A stretch of DNA of 64,000 nucleotides from Rhizophagus irregularis. Taxonomy: Eukaryota. The stretch spans positions 2,666,001 through 2,730,000 of the forward strand of contig NC_089432.1 of the NCBI RefSeq assembly GCF_026210795.1, given 5' to 3'. The position numbers and the translations under genes were made by a program. Position 1 is the stretch's first letter; every line of letters begins with the position of its first letter. Shown piece by piece: positions 27,003 to 38,110 of the stretch. The notes below the pieces were generated by a model. The model had not been told where the DNA came from. It worked only from the letters and a program-made list of their open reading frames with translations, and made no database searches.

Positions 27003-28419
27003 CCCTATGAAAAAAGTCTGTGTGATTTTTGTTGAAAAATCATTCAATTAAATTCACTACAATTTCTGTATATTTGACCATACAATAATTGTGCTAAAAA
27101 TTGCAATAAATCACACAATTATTGCATGGTAATTCATTCAATAATTATCCTATTTTTGACCTGAATTTATACAATTATTGTGTGATTTTTGAGCCAAATT
27201 TTAGGCCATATTTTAGGAATTATAGGTTAAATTTTACAGTAATAACAGGCAATTTATAAAGTAAAATTATAAATTTTTATTGACTTAAAATATAAAAAAT
27301 ATACACAATATTTCATAAATAAAATACTAAATTTGATATAATCATAAATATAAAAATTTGTAAGAAAATAAAATAAAATAAAGTATGTTAGCTTAGTAAC
27401 ATGAAAGTAAATTAGTAGTATCAAAGAAGAAAGTAAATTATTAGTGTAAGTAAATTATTAGTATTAAATAAAAAAGTATGAAGTTAGTGAAGAAAGCAAA
27501 TTAGTAGTGTTAAAAAGTAAATTATTAGTGTTAGTAATGAAAAAGTATGAAGTTAGTGAAGAAAGCAAATTAGTAATGTTAAAAAGTAAATTATTAGTGT
27601 TAGTAATAAAAAAAAGTATGAAGTTAGTGAAGAAAGCAAGTTAGTAACATTAAAATGTAAAAAGTTAGGAAAATAAAAAGATAAAGAACACAAGTTTTCT
27701 TACCTGATATTTTAAAAGAAAGTTGAAGAAAAGTTAAAAGGTTAAAAAAACATAAACAAAAACATTTCGCGTCATCATATTTATTTTGACGATCAGATCA
27801 CGTGATCAACATATATAATTTTAAGAGTTGATTTTTACCGCTTAATTCTGGCCAAATTATAATTCCAGTCAGAACTAATTGTGTAACTTAATAAAAAGTT
27901 TTGACTTTTTTTTAGTTACAAGGTGATATAAAAATTTCACCAATGGGTCCGGAAGATGCCCGTTTATAAGCAAATATGCAGTTGAATTTTGTGTAACCTT
28001 ACTGCATAAATCACTTTACTTAGAAAAATCTATTTGTAATGGTTAAAAGTGGTCTATTTGACCCTAAAAGTGGTCAAATGTAACCATACAGGTAAGATGG
28101 AAAGTAGTATAGTAGGATTACCCAAAAATTGCTTTCCGTATCCTAAATTTAAGTCTATTTTCAAGTTGTACAATAATCACAATTTTTATTGTACAAAAAT
28201 TGAATGTTTTCTGTATCCTAAATTTAAGTTGTATAAAGATCACACAAAAATTGAACATTTTCTATATCCTAAATTTAAGTTGTACAAAAATTGCATACTT
28301 TTAATATGCTTTGAAAAACTTCATAGCTATTTTTATCCAAAAATCTGCAATAATTGTACAATTTCCACACAGACTTGAACAAATATTGTACAAAAATTGG
28401 ATGATTTTTTTTCATAGGG
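27003..28419. mobile_element. Nested non-autonomous element with CCCTATGAAAAAA TIRs and 3-bp TSD (TTG); CMC/EnSpm-like
   Basis: TTG|CCCTATGAAAAAAA ... TTTTTTTCATAGGG|TTG. Confidence 0.78.
27425..27650 (+). repeat. ~68-bp minisatellite, ~3 copies
   Basis: AAAAAGTATGAAGTTAGTGAAGAAAGCAA recurs at ~27471, 27540 and 27611. Confidence 0.75.
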
Positions 28420-30111
28420 TTGTATTAATATGATTAATAATAATAACAAACATGAAAGACCTTTTTGTGATTATTGTATTCAGTTGTTAGTTTTTTCAAT
28501 TTTTTTGTTCATGTATTTATTTTACATTAAAAGATGGAATGTTGAGACTGAATTTCTAAAAAAGTCAAAATCTTTATTTAACTATGTAATCAAAAGGTAA
28601 TAGAATTCTTATTGTAAAATTGCATATGAAGTTTAAAAATAAATTTTACTTATTTTACTATACAAATATATTTAAAAAGAAAACTAAAAATACCAATTAT
28701 AAAAGAAAGACAATGAAATTATTCAAGATTATAAGCAAAAAAAAATTTAAAAAAATAAAAATAAAACAAAAATAAATGATACAATGGATAATCCATTAAG
28801 ATAAAAATTTTTTTTATATGTTTATATTCATAATTATTTCGAACATTTAATTTAATAAAATTTAGTTGGTTGAAAAAAAAGTGATAATTTCAAGGATAAA
28901 ACAACATCCGATCCATTGGAATGAGTTTGAACCAAAAAAAGCTTAACTTTACTATTTTTATCAGATTATTAAATTAATTTGGCAATGTACGTAGATCTAT
29001 GCTAAAAGCTCAGAAGATGCTTATTTCCAAAAAAAACCTATAAACAAAAAACAGGCGCACCTGCCGCAATCTGCTGCACCTGCCGCAATTAGGCGCCTAA
29101 AAACAGGCGCATCTGCCGCAATCAGGAGCAACTGCCGCACTTAGGCGCCTCAGGCGCCTAAAACCAGGCGCATCCTGCGCATCAGGCGCCTAAAAACTAT
29201 GTGCACCTGCCGTACTCAGGCGCCTAAAAACAGGTGCACCTGCCGCACTTAGCGCATCAGGCGCCTAAAAACAGGCGCACCTGCCGCAAAATGCAGCACA
29301 CTTTTGACCAGTGCGGCTTGCCATACTCAGCAGCATCATCATAGTTGCAAAAGATGATCAACAGAATCTTTTATTTATTCTCCTTAGGTTCGGTTGAATC
29401 GTAAGGGAGCTGTTCAAAATTCTAACAGGCGGTTATAGATGGAAGAACTTGTAGAATAAAAAATTGCGAAACCTAATCTTGCATCTCATAGTCCCTATTC
29501 ATTCGGCAAGAAATTTTCCGGCACATTTCAGGTGATCGATTTCACATGACCAGTTTGTACTTTAAATGGCAGTATAAAGTAAATTTTGTGTGATGTGAAC
29601 TTTATTTTATAATTATATAATTCAAATAACTTTATTAGGATAAACTATAATTTTACCAGAGTGATTTCTTCCACAATAGGATCAATTCGTCATTCAGATT
29701 GTGATCCAGATTAATGGATATAAACAGATTATGAGACGGATTGTAAAGAGCTTGTTAGCTAATTATATAGCTGCTCTAGGCACACATAATTAATTAATGT
29801 TTGATCAGCGACAATTTTCCTAATTTTCCTTAATATCCCAAAATTATTAATATCAAGTGACTAAAAAGTACTCCAAAAATAGCTTTTATCCCATTTTTAT
29901 TATACAAAGCTTCGAAAATAAATTAGACCAATTATAAAACAGATATTGATTTATCAAGTTAAAACTACCTAATTATTAAATAGTCAAAAAGAAAAATAAT
30001 AAAATTTATATTGACGCAAGATATTGTAAATAAATATTATACTTAAATAGAGTTAATAGAGTTTCAATTCAATAACGCGCTTCGTGAATTTATATTTTTG
30101 GAGGGTGATCG

Positions 30112-30410
30112 TGAAATTTATACATTAAGCTGAAACCATAATTCTCATTTAAAATAGTGGTTTGCCACTTGACATTTCCCAATGACAGAGCACTAAATTA
30201 TTATCATTTGAATTAATATAAGAAACTATTCCAAGCAATTTGATTTTGATTTAGATGCTTCATTAACCCTTTTTGATAAGCCAAAATCAGCCAACTTGAT
30301 GGAATTTTGATGAACAAGACAGAAATGTATTTATTATTCCAAGTAAGTTTATGGATGATTTTATTAAAATAGTCTCGAAGAGTCCACCATCAGCGTATTC
30401 TATTATTAAC
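30112..30410 (-). pseudogene. Kinase-domain fragment related to the kinase-Sel1 genes, internally deleted
   Basis: Minus strand reads IEYADGG...KLTWNNKY, joined to VHQNSIKLADFGLSKR and then WEMSSGKP...SLMYK, with deletions and frameshifts. Confidence 0.8.
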
Positions 30411-32728
30411 AAAAGATTTTTGCTTGTTTAAATAAAATATTGGTCAGATGCGTAGTATGCCTGTTTGTCTCATAAAATATTTTGTACACGTTAAAGTTTT
30501 CTATAGTAAAAGTACATTTGTCATTTTATAAAAGTATTAAAAAAAAGTTAATATATTTTATAATAAATTATTTCAAACTTAATTCAGCATTTCAAAATTA
30601 GGTCAGATGTTTTTCATATTGAAATTTTCATATTGAAATAAGCTGCAATTTATTGCAAGAATATAAAGGCTACGTCGTATTGATTGCTATTTTGAACATG
30701 TATTATATGAATGTAATGTATATAATAATGTTATCATCAATAATTTGATTGTGAAATTTTCAATATGAAAATAGATTCGGATACATAAAAATATATATTT
30801 AATTTTTTTTTAGTTTTTTATTAGGACTGATAGAAATGTTAAAATATTCATCACATTTCTCGTTATAACTCTTTATATTAATGAAAAACTATATGTTTTA
30901 AAATTTTTGAATATAAAAGAAAATTATTATTAATACTATTAATAGACTATCGCTTGGGAATCAGACTTAAATTCCCATGACATTTTGTTTGTTACGAAAA
31001 ATTGTAAAATCATAGGAAAGACCTTTTCATCATGTTTCAATTGTCTATATATGATTGTAACGCACCATTTAGATTAAAGTAATTGTAAATTTATGAACTT
31101 AAATAAGTCACTTAACACTTTCCCTCCATATGTTTTAATCAATAAATAACATAAAATTATTCTTTTTCATGAAAATAAATTACTAGATTTAATGACAGTT
31201 CGGGAAAAAAAATTTATACAAATTCGGTATTGCATGATCAAATAAAATCAATTTTTCTTTCACATGACCACCGATTATACCTAATGTAAATCTTCCTGGT
31301 TCAACAATTTTAAAACGTTTAATTATGTGAATGAACGTAATAAACAGTTACAACAAAAATGAAAAAAAAACGAAAATGTAGCAAATATTTTAGTTTCACA
31401 TTATAAAATAATGAATGCGTTCAACATTTATTACAAATAGCCTACTCCAGCCTACTCCATTTTAAAAATATGTTAATATCTGTCTTTATAACAAAGTTTA
31501 GATATTTTTTGAATAAAAAACTTTAATAAATTATAAAAGACATTTAATTATATAAAAGCAGAAAATTTACTATTTACAATTTGAAATCTTTAGGTCCTAT
31601 CGCAGGACTGCAGCAATAGTTGGTACCCACGAGCTTACTAAATGCAAGCGCCTATTCTCCAACCCTCGCATATTACTATACCGTTCCAAAAAATTTCTCA
31701 GCCAGCCCTACTGTGAGACTGCAGCGAAGAAGGTACTCGCAGGCTTACAATGGTAAGCATGTTATGCTCCTACCCATGCATAGCATTATGCTGCTCCAAT
31801 AAAGTACCCTAAAAAATAAGGAAAATAATAATAGAGTAAGGATGGAAGGGATAAGAAGAAACGAAGAGAAGGACAAGGGAGAAAGTGAAAGAGGAGGTAG
31901 GAAAGGGTCTTATACACTCTCTTACGGGAAAGGGGAGGAAAAGAAGAGTAGGAGTCGAAAAGAGTGAAAGAGCAAGTGAGGAAGTGAGAAAGAGAAGAAG
32001 GAAAGAAAGTGAGATAGAACGGACAAAATGAACAGAGAAAGAGAAAAGAGAAGAGTAGAGGAGTGAGTGAGCGGACAGAAGGAATAGAGGGACTTTTTAT
32101 AGATGTGTTAGCTATAGTCAAAGTATTAAAAAATTGCGTCATAATCAATCAAACGTAAAGAATTCCCCTCGTGATTATATTGATCAGGATCAGTATATAA
32201 TTTAGTATCTTCATATATACTCACATATCCAGATTTAAATATTTATAATTTGCGTCTAATAATATAAAAAAATTTCAGTTTCAGTGATTCTGTTAACACA
32301 ATTACCAAAACCCTCATATAAGACGAAAAAAAACAAAATTTTTATTTAATTGACATTGTGTGCATGATTCCGTTATAACTAATTCAACTAATACTATCAA
32401 ATTTTTCTAACATTAAAGAAAGTAAATCACTTTAATGATGTATTAAAAATGAAGTAAATTTTTTAATTGATAAATTTAATTGTAGCATATTTACTGGTTA
32501 AGGAAGATTAAAAAATTTGGAATTCTATTTTCATTTTTATTTTTAAAGATAAATCAGTTATTATTTTGACAGAATTTTAATTTTTATACTTAACTAGAGA
32601 TAATTGGGCACAGTTAGTAAGCTTAAAAATTAACAACTTAAAATTGTATATGATTTGGTTAGAACATTGTATCCTTTGATACAACTTATTTATTATTTTT
32701 TTAATAAGTTATAATAATAATACATATT

Positions 32729-34401
32729 TTATAAATATAGTGAATGGAAATCATTAAATTTTTGTTGTAATCTATTCAATTCTGCTAACATTTCATTATC
32801 CACTTTGATTGCATTTGGATTAAAAGATCGAATTTCTATATTTTGCCAAGATGTAGCACGACTCATTGCTACATAAGCTTGTCCATTAGCAAACATTTGT
32901 TCATCTAATGATATAGTTGCATGAGGTAATGTAAGACCTTGAGTTTTATGTACAGTTAATGCAAATGCATTTTGAAGTGGAAATTGTGTTCGTTGGGCAG
33001 GAGCTCCATTTAGCTCAAAATAAGCTGTCATTTTTTTTACTATTACTTGATTTATTCCAGAATCTATAGGAAATGCTACTTCTATATTATCTTCATCTAT
33101 TAATTTAGTTACTACACCAATTGATCCATTACAAAGATTTTCATTAAATAATTTGTTAGTTAAAAACATTACTCTTGCACCTTCTCTTATTGTTAATTCA
33201 GATGGCAAATTAGTATGATGTCTAAATTGCTTGTCATATTCTTTTGGTTCACATTCTATATTATTGAGATAATCAACAGCTACTGATATTAAGGATCCAG
33301 AAGAAATATTTTCAAAAATTGGAAGAAATCCACAAATTAAATTGTTAATTGAATCAGCTTCATGACGAAATCCACAAATATAAGTAGTATTGATTGATGT
33401 ATTATTTTGATAAGATAATACTTTTTCATTAATTAAGTTTATTGTTTGTGAACTTAAAATTCCTACTCGCATTTCTTGTAATATATTATAAAATAATTTA
33501 TCATTATGTTGTCGATGTGAAGTAGTAAGAAATAATGGAAAGAATTCTTGCCATTCAGGTGCATAAAAAACTTGTTTTCCATTAACTGGTGGAAGTTGAG
33601 CAAGATCTCCAATAAGTAAAGTTTGAATTCCACCAAAAGGTACTGATTTTTTATGAATTTTTGCAAATAGTTTACTAATAAATGATAAAAGAATTGATGA
33701 TACCATAGATACTTCTTCAATTATAATGGCATCAATTTGACTAAGTTCTATTTGTTGCTGTTCATTATAATGGGATAATGTTTCAAAATAAGTTTGAGTA
33801 TTTCTAATATGTAATGCTGAATGTATAGTTTGACCACCAACATTTTGAGCAGCAACACCAGTAGGTGCTATTAACAAATATCTAATATTTTTTACCTTTA
33901 AAAAATTTACAATTTGTTGAATCATAAAAGATTTACCAGTACCTGCTAATCCAGTTAAAAAAAAGTATGGATGTTTGGATAATTCTTGTTGTCCCCAACT
34001 ATTTGTAAGTATATTAAATATTTTGTATTGGTCTTCAGAAAATATCATTGATGAAAATTTTGTTGAAAGATTAGGTTGTTGTAATAAACTAATTAACTGA
34101 TTTCCAATAATACTTTGTAAATCTGTATGTAATGTAGTTATTAAATTATTAATTAAATTATGATATCCTTGTGTATATTTGTGAATATTAGATTGCATTG
34201 AATTTTGTACATGATTTAAGGTTAATGAATATTCAGCAGGATATTTTGCTTCAAAGTGAGCTTTATAAGTTGAATAAGAATTTTTTAAATCAGCTTCACT
34301 TCGAGCAGGTGATCTAAGTAATAATTGTTGGTAAAAAAATGATTCAGATTGTTGAATAGTTAAATGTTGAAAACGTACAAGAATTTCTTTTTGCCTTTTT
34401 A
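32729..34401 (-). pseudogene. Helitron RepHel 3' part: PIF1-family SF1B helicase
   Basis: Walker A GLAGTGKS, APTGVAAQNVGGQTIHS, IIEEVSMV, FGGIQTLLIGDLAQLPPV, RTQFPLQNAFALTVHKTQGLTL, GQAYVAMSRA. Confidence 0.92.
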
Positions 34402-34669
34402 TCAATATATACAGATCATGATACAAAGTTGTTAGCAATCAGATGATCTAAATTTCATAGTGTTGTTTATTGTGATTGGCCGTTGTAATAATAAGTTGTA
34501 TTCCAAAAAAGGAAGGAAGTAGGTCCTAATTTGGTTAGCAAATATGGCAAAACAGGGTCCGTTTTTATATAAAATATATATAAACATAATTGAAATTTCG
34601 TTTCATTGCAATGAATTTCAATTTCAATTTCAATTTCAATATATCAATTGATTGTTTTTTGGACAGCAG

Positions 34670-35470
34670 TTGTTTAAATAAATTTCGTGAATTGAAGTTG
34701 ATCATCATTTACGTCACAGTAAGTAAAAATAATCTAAAATTGGATTCACATGTTATAAAAATTGAAACTTGTATATAGTAACTATAAATAAATTAGTTAT
34801 AATGAAGGTACTTTTTTTTATTAATAAAATTGTATTTTTTTATTTGTTTGTTAATTAAATTAAAAATTGTGATTTTTCCCATAAATTACACATTTTTTTA
34901 ATTAATAATAAAAAAAATAAATAAATTTACAAATTGAAAATCGAAAGATTTACGTCACAATGAAAATAATCTACAATTAAATTCACATGTTAATATTAGT
35001 TAAAAGAACTAAAGCCCGCAATTAATGACTATAAATAAATTAGTTATAATGAAGCTACCTTTTTTTATTAATAAAATTGTATTTTTTTATTTGTTTTTTT
35101 AATTAATAATAAAAAAATAAATTTACAAATTGAAAATTGAAAGATGATCATCATTTACGTCACAATGAAAATAATCTACAATTAAATTCACATGTTATTA
35201 TTAGTTAAAAGAACTAAAGCCGCAATTAATAACTATAAATAAATTAGTTACAATGAAACCACCCTTTTTTTATAGCTATAATTATAAAAGTGTGGTTTTT
35301 TTCAACAGATTATTACACTTTTTTAATAATAAAAAATAAATAAATTTACAAATTGAAAAATTGAAAGATGATCATCATTTACGTTACAAGAAAATAAACT
35401 AAAATTGAATTCACAGGTTAGAAAATTTAAAGCCGCATATAGTAACTATAAACAAATTAGTTCTAATAAA
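34670..35470 (+). repeat. ~200-250-bp degenerate tandem repeats (~4 copies) inside the inner Helitron
   Basis: TTTACGTCACA...TTCACATGTTA...AACTATAAATAAATTAGTTA recurs at ~34707, 34949, 35154 and 35378. Confidence 0.75.
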
Positions 35471-36087
35471 ATTACCCTTTTTTTTTATCATTTATTTAAT
35501 TAATAAAGTAATATTTAACAGTTAATGAGATTATGTTATTTCAATCATAAACTATTATATAAATTAATAAATTAATTTTATTATATAAATTGTAATAAAT
35601 TTTTGATAAAATCAATTTTTTTCAATGTAAATAAATAATAAAATCGCAATTTTTCAATGAAAACTACTTTTTTTAAAATTTAAATAAATGTAATAAAATC
35701 ATCATAATTTTGAAATAAATTGTAATAAAATCGTAATTTTTTCAATAAAATTGCATTTTTTTTAATAAATTTGATAAAAATCAAAATTTTTCATATATTA
35801 ATAAATAATAAAATCGTAATTTTTTCAATGAACCACTTTTTTAAGTTTTAAATAAAATGTATCATAATTTTGTAATAAATTGTAATAAAATCACATTTTT
35901 TTAATAATCATAAATCATAAATAATAATAAATAATTGTAATATTATTACTTTTTTTAAAAAATAAAATATATTATAAATATATTAAAGTCATAATTTTTT
36001 TTATAAATATAAGTAATTCATTTACTTTTTTTTACTTTTATTCATTTTTCATTTTAATAATAATCAGATTTAAAAAAATTTCGAAAT

Positions 36088-37110
36088 ATGATTGCAAACA
36101 TTACAACCATCGTGTATATACTCTCTGTGACTGATGAAACTTATTAATAATGGTGTCTTGCAGAAAGGCATGTCTATTTCCCGAATTGATAATGAAGATG
36201 CATTTCAAATATATAAATTTTACAATTATATGACCTTAATAAATAACACAGACCTTGATTCAGATGATGGATCTGAAGTAACTTCGCCACTTAAGGCAGA
36301 AAATGTATACTTAATTACAGGAAAATTTTCAACAACTCAAGATGGTTCAATAAACGTCTCTATTACAACTAATGTACAACTCCTTATCGATAAGGAAGAT
36401 ATTCCTATAATAAAACCAACTGTACATCTTCTTGGAAAGACTTTGGGGTATGCAGAATTAACAGAAAGTGGATATACTTTACAAATACAAGTAAAGCCAT
36501 ATTTATCTAAGGATCAATTTACTCCATTTACTGTAAATTTAACTCACCCACCAAATGGGCGATTTAAGAACGCGTTAACAAAAGCCAGAAAAAATTCAAC
36601 AGTTCATACAACAGGAGTATTTTTTTTTGCAAAAGATCAATTATACTGTGAAATTTTGGAATTTCAGTTTGTATCAGCAAAAATAGAATCAGATAACAGT
36701 ATTGTAGTTCCATGGAAATCAAAATCTGATTCACGTAATGAAGGATCTTCAAAATCTGTTATAGAACAAAGAATTTCTCTCATACAACAGAATTCAACAA
36801 CACAACCATCATTGTCAATGACATCAACTAAAAATAAACATAAAACAAATATGACTAAAATAACAGATATTTCAAGATCTTTGCTATTACAAAATCAACA
36901 AAGTGATGAAATTCATGATAGTGAAATTTCTATTACAAATGAAGAAAATGAAGAAAGAATTAATGAAAATATTGAAGAAAATGAAAAAAGAAATGAAAAT
37001 ATAAGAAAATGAAGAGAGAAACGAAAATATTAAAAAAAAAATAATACACCAAAAATTTCAAATTCAACAAGAGGTAGAAAAAAACAAAAACTAAATAATG
37101 TTTATGAACT
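36088..37110 (+). pseudogene. Putative tandem OB-fold (RPA/SSB-like) protein carried by the inner Helitron; frameshifted near both ends
   Basis: ATG 36088 reads MIANITTIVYILSVTDET, then a frameshift leads into the 292-aa ORF. Beta-rich segments (ENVYLITGKF; PTVHLLG; STVHTTGVFF..LYCEILEFQFV) and an acidic/basic disordered tail. The fold is inferred from pattern only. Confidence 0.55.
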
Positions 37111-37129
37111 AACGTAACCCAGTAATAAT

Positions 37130-37740
37130 CTTTTCTTTAATTTTTTTTATTATCTGTTCTTTATATTTTATATGTAATAAGTGCTATATTTATTTTTTTT
37201 AATGAAATAAAAAACGTATTTTATTTTTTATGTCAAAGAAAAGTGGTTTAAAAAAAAATTTGAAGTCTACGTAAAATTTAATTGCTGATCATGTTACACA
37301 TGTCATAGATCACCTGACAAATACGAACTGTTTTTAAAATTCTTTTTTTATTATCTATTGTTTTTTATATTTTATATGTAATAAGTACTTTATTTATTTT
37401 TCAATGAAATAAATGAAATAAAAGAAGTTGCATTTATTTTATTTTTATATCAAAGTATAATTAGTTCAAAAAAAAAAATTTGAAGTCAACGAAGTCAACG
37501 TAAAATTTAATTGCTGATCGTACTATTATGCATGTCATAGATCACCTGACAAATACGAACTGTTTTTAAAATTCATTTTTATTATCTGGTATTTTTTATA
37601 TCTTATATGTAATAAACATTATATTTATTTATTTTTTATTAAAAAAAAAATTGAAGTTATTGTAAAATTTAATTGTTGATCCTTAATAATAATATTACAA
37701 ATATATGTTATAGATCACTGATCATATATATACGAACTAT
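37130..37740 (+). repeat. ~200-240-bp degenerate direct repeats (~3 copies)
   Basis: GTAAAATTTAATTGCTGATC...ATAGATCAC...ATACGAACT recurs at ~37271, 37500 and 37662. Confidence 0.75.
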
Positions 37741-37818
37741 TAAAACTTTCATAATAATTTGATTACTAATAATTTTTTTAATAATTTATTACTAACATTA
37801 AATCAATAAAACTGAATC

Positions 37819-37947
37819 AGATGTCCTAAATGGGATCAAATTCAAACAATGAATTTAAATAGAGATGCATTCAAAGTAGATCCAAATGTGATTAAAGAAT
37901 ATTCTCGCTTGGAACAAATAGCATCACAACCGCTTCCTATTTCATAA
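37819..37947 (+). pseudogene. Residual C-terminus of the inner Helitron's own PIF1 helicase
   Basis: RCPKWDQIQTMNLNRDAFKVDPNVIKEYSRLEQIASQPLPIS* parallels RATSWQNIEIRSFNPNAIKVDNEMLAELNRLQ of the outer helicase. Confidence 0.7.
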
Positions 37948-38110
37948 ACAAACCTAGATTATCATGTTATCAGTTATCATATAAGTATAATAAAGCAATT
38001 AGGGGTTCTTTAAAAAAAATGTTTATTTGACTATGCATTTATGCTCATGTTACACCTAATTTTATTTTGAAGGCTGCCGCCAGGCGGCCATAGTGGTACA
38101 GTTCTAGTTC

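Larger units (their letters stand above)
25330..29325. mobile_element. Non-autonomous ~4.0-kb DNA transposon with ~450-bp GC-rich terminal inverted repeats
   Basis: 25330-25783 is the reverse complement of ~28881-29325 (TATGGCAAGCC...GGCTTGCCATA). CTCAGC is directly repeated on both flanks. TIRs contain arrays of GCGGCAGGTGCGCCTGTTTTTAGGCGCC. No transposase ORF. Confidence 0.88.
34402..38110 (+). mobile_element. Non-autonomous Helitron (3.7 kb) inserted in opposite orientation into the RepHel ORF
   Basis: 5' end TC at 34402. 3' hairpin GGCTGCC-GCCA-GGCGGCC (38072-38089), then CTAG (38104-38107). Inserted between host A and T with no TSD. Removing it restores the frame ...KNRFV-IKRQKE.... Confidence 0.9.

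Noticed and set aside
31786..32148. 120-aa F/S/L-rich ORF
   Set aside because: Translation of a CT-rich low-complexity tract.
32729..34438. Stand-alone cellular PIF1 gene
   Set aside because: It joins the Rep ORF in frame once the nested Helitron is removed, and its apparent start codon lies inside the insert.
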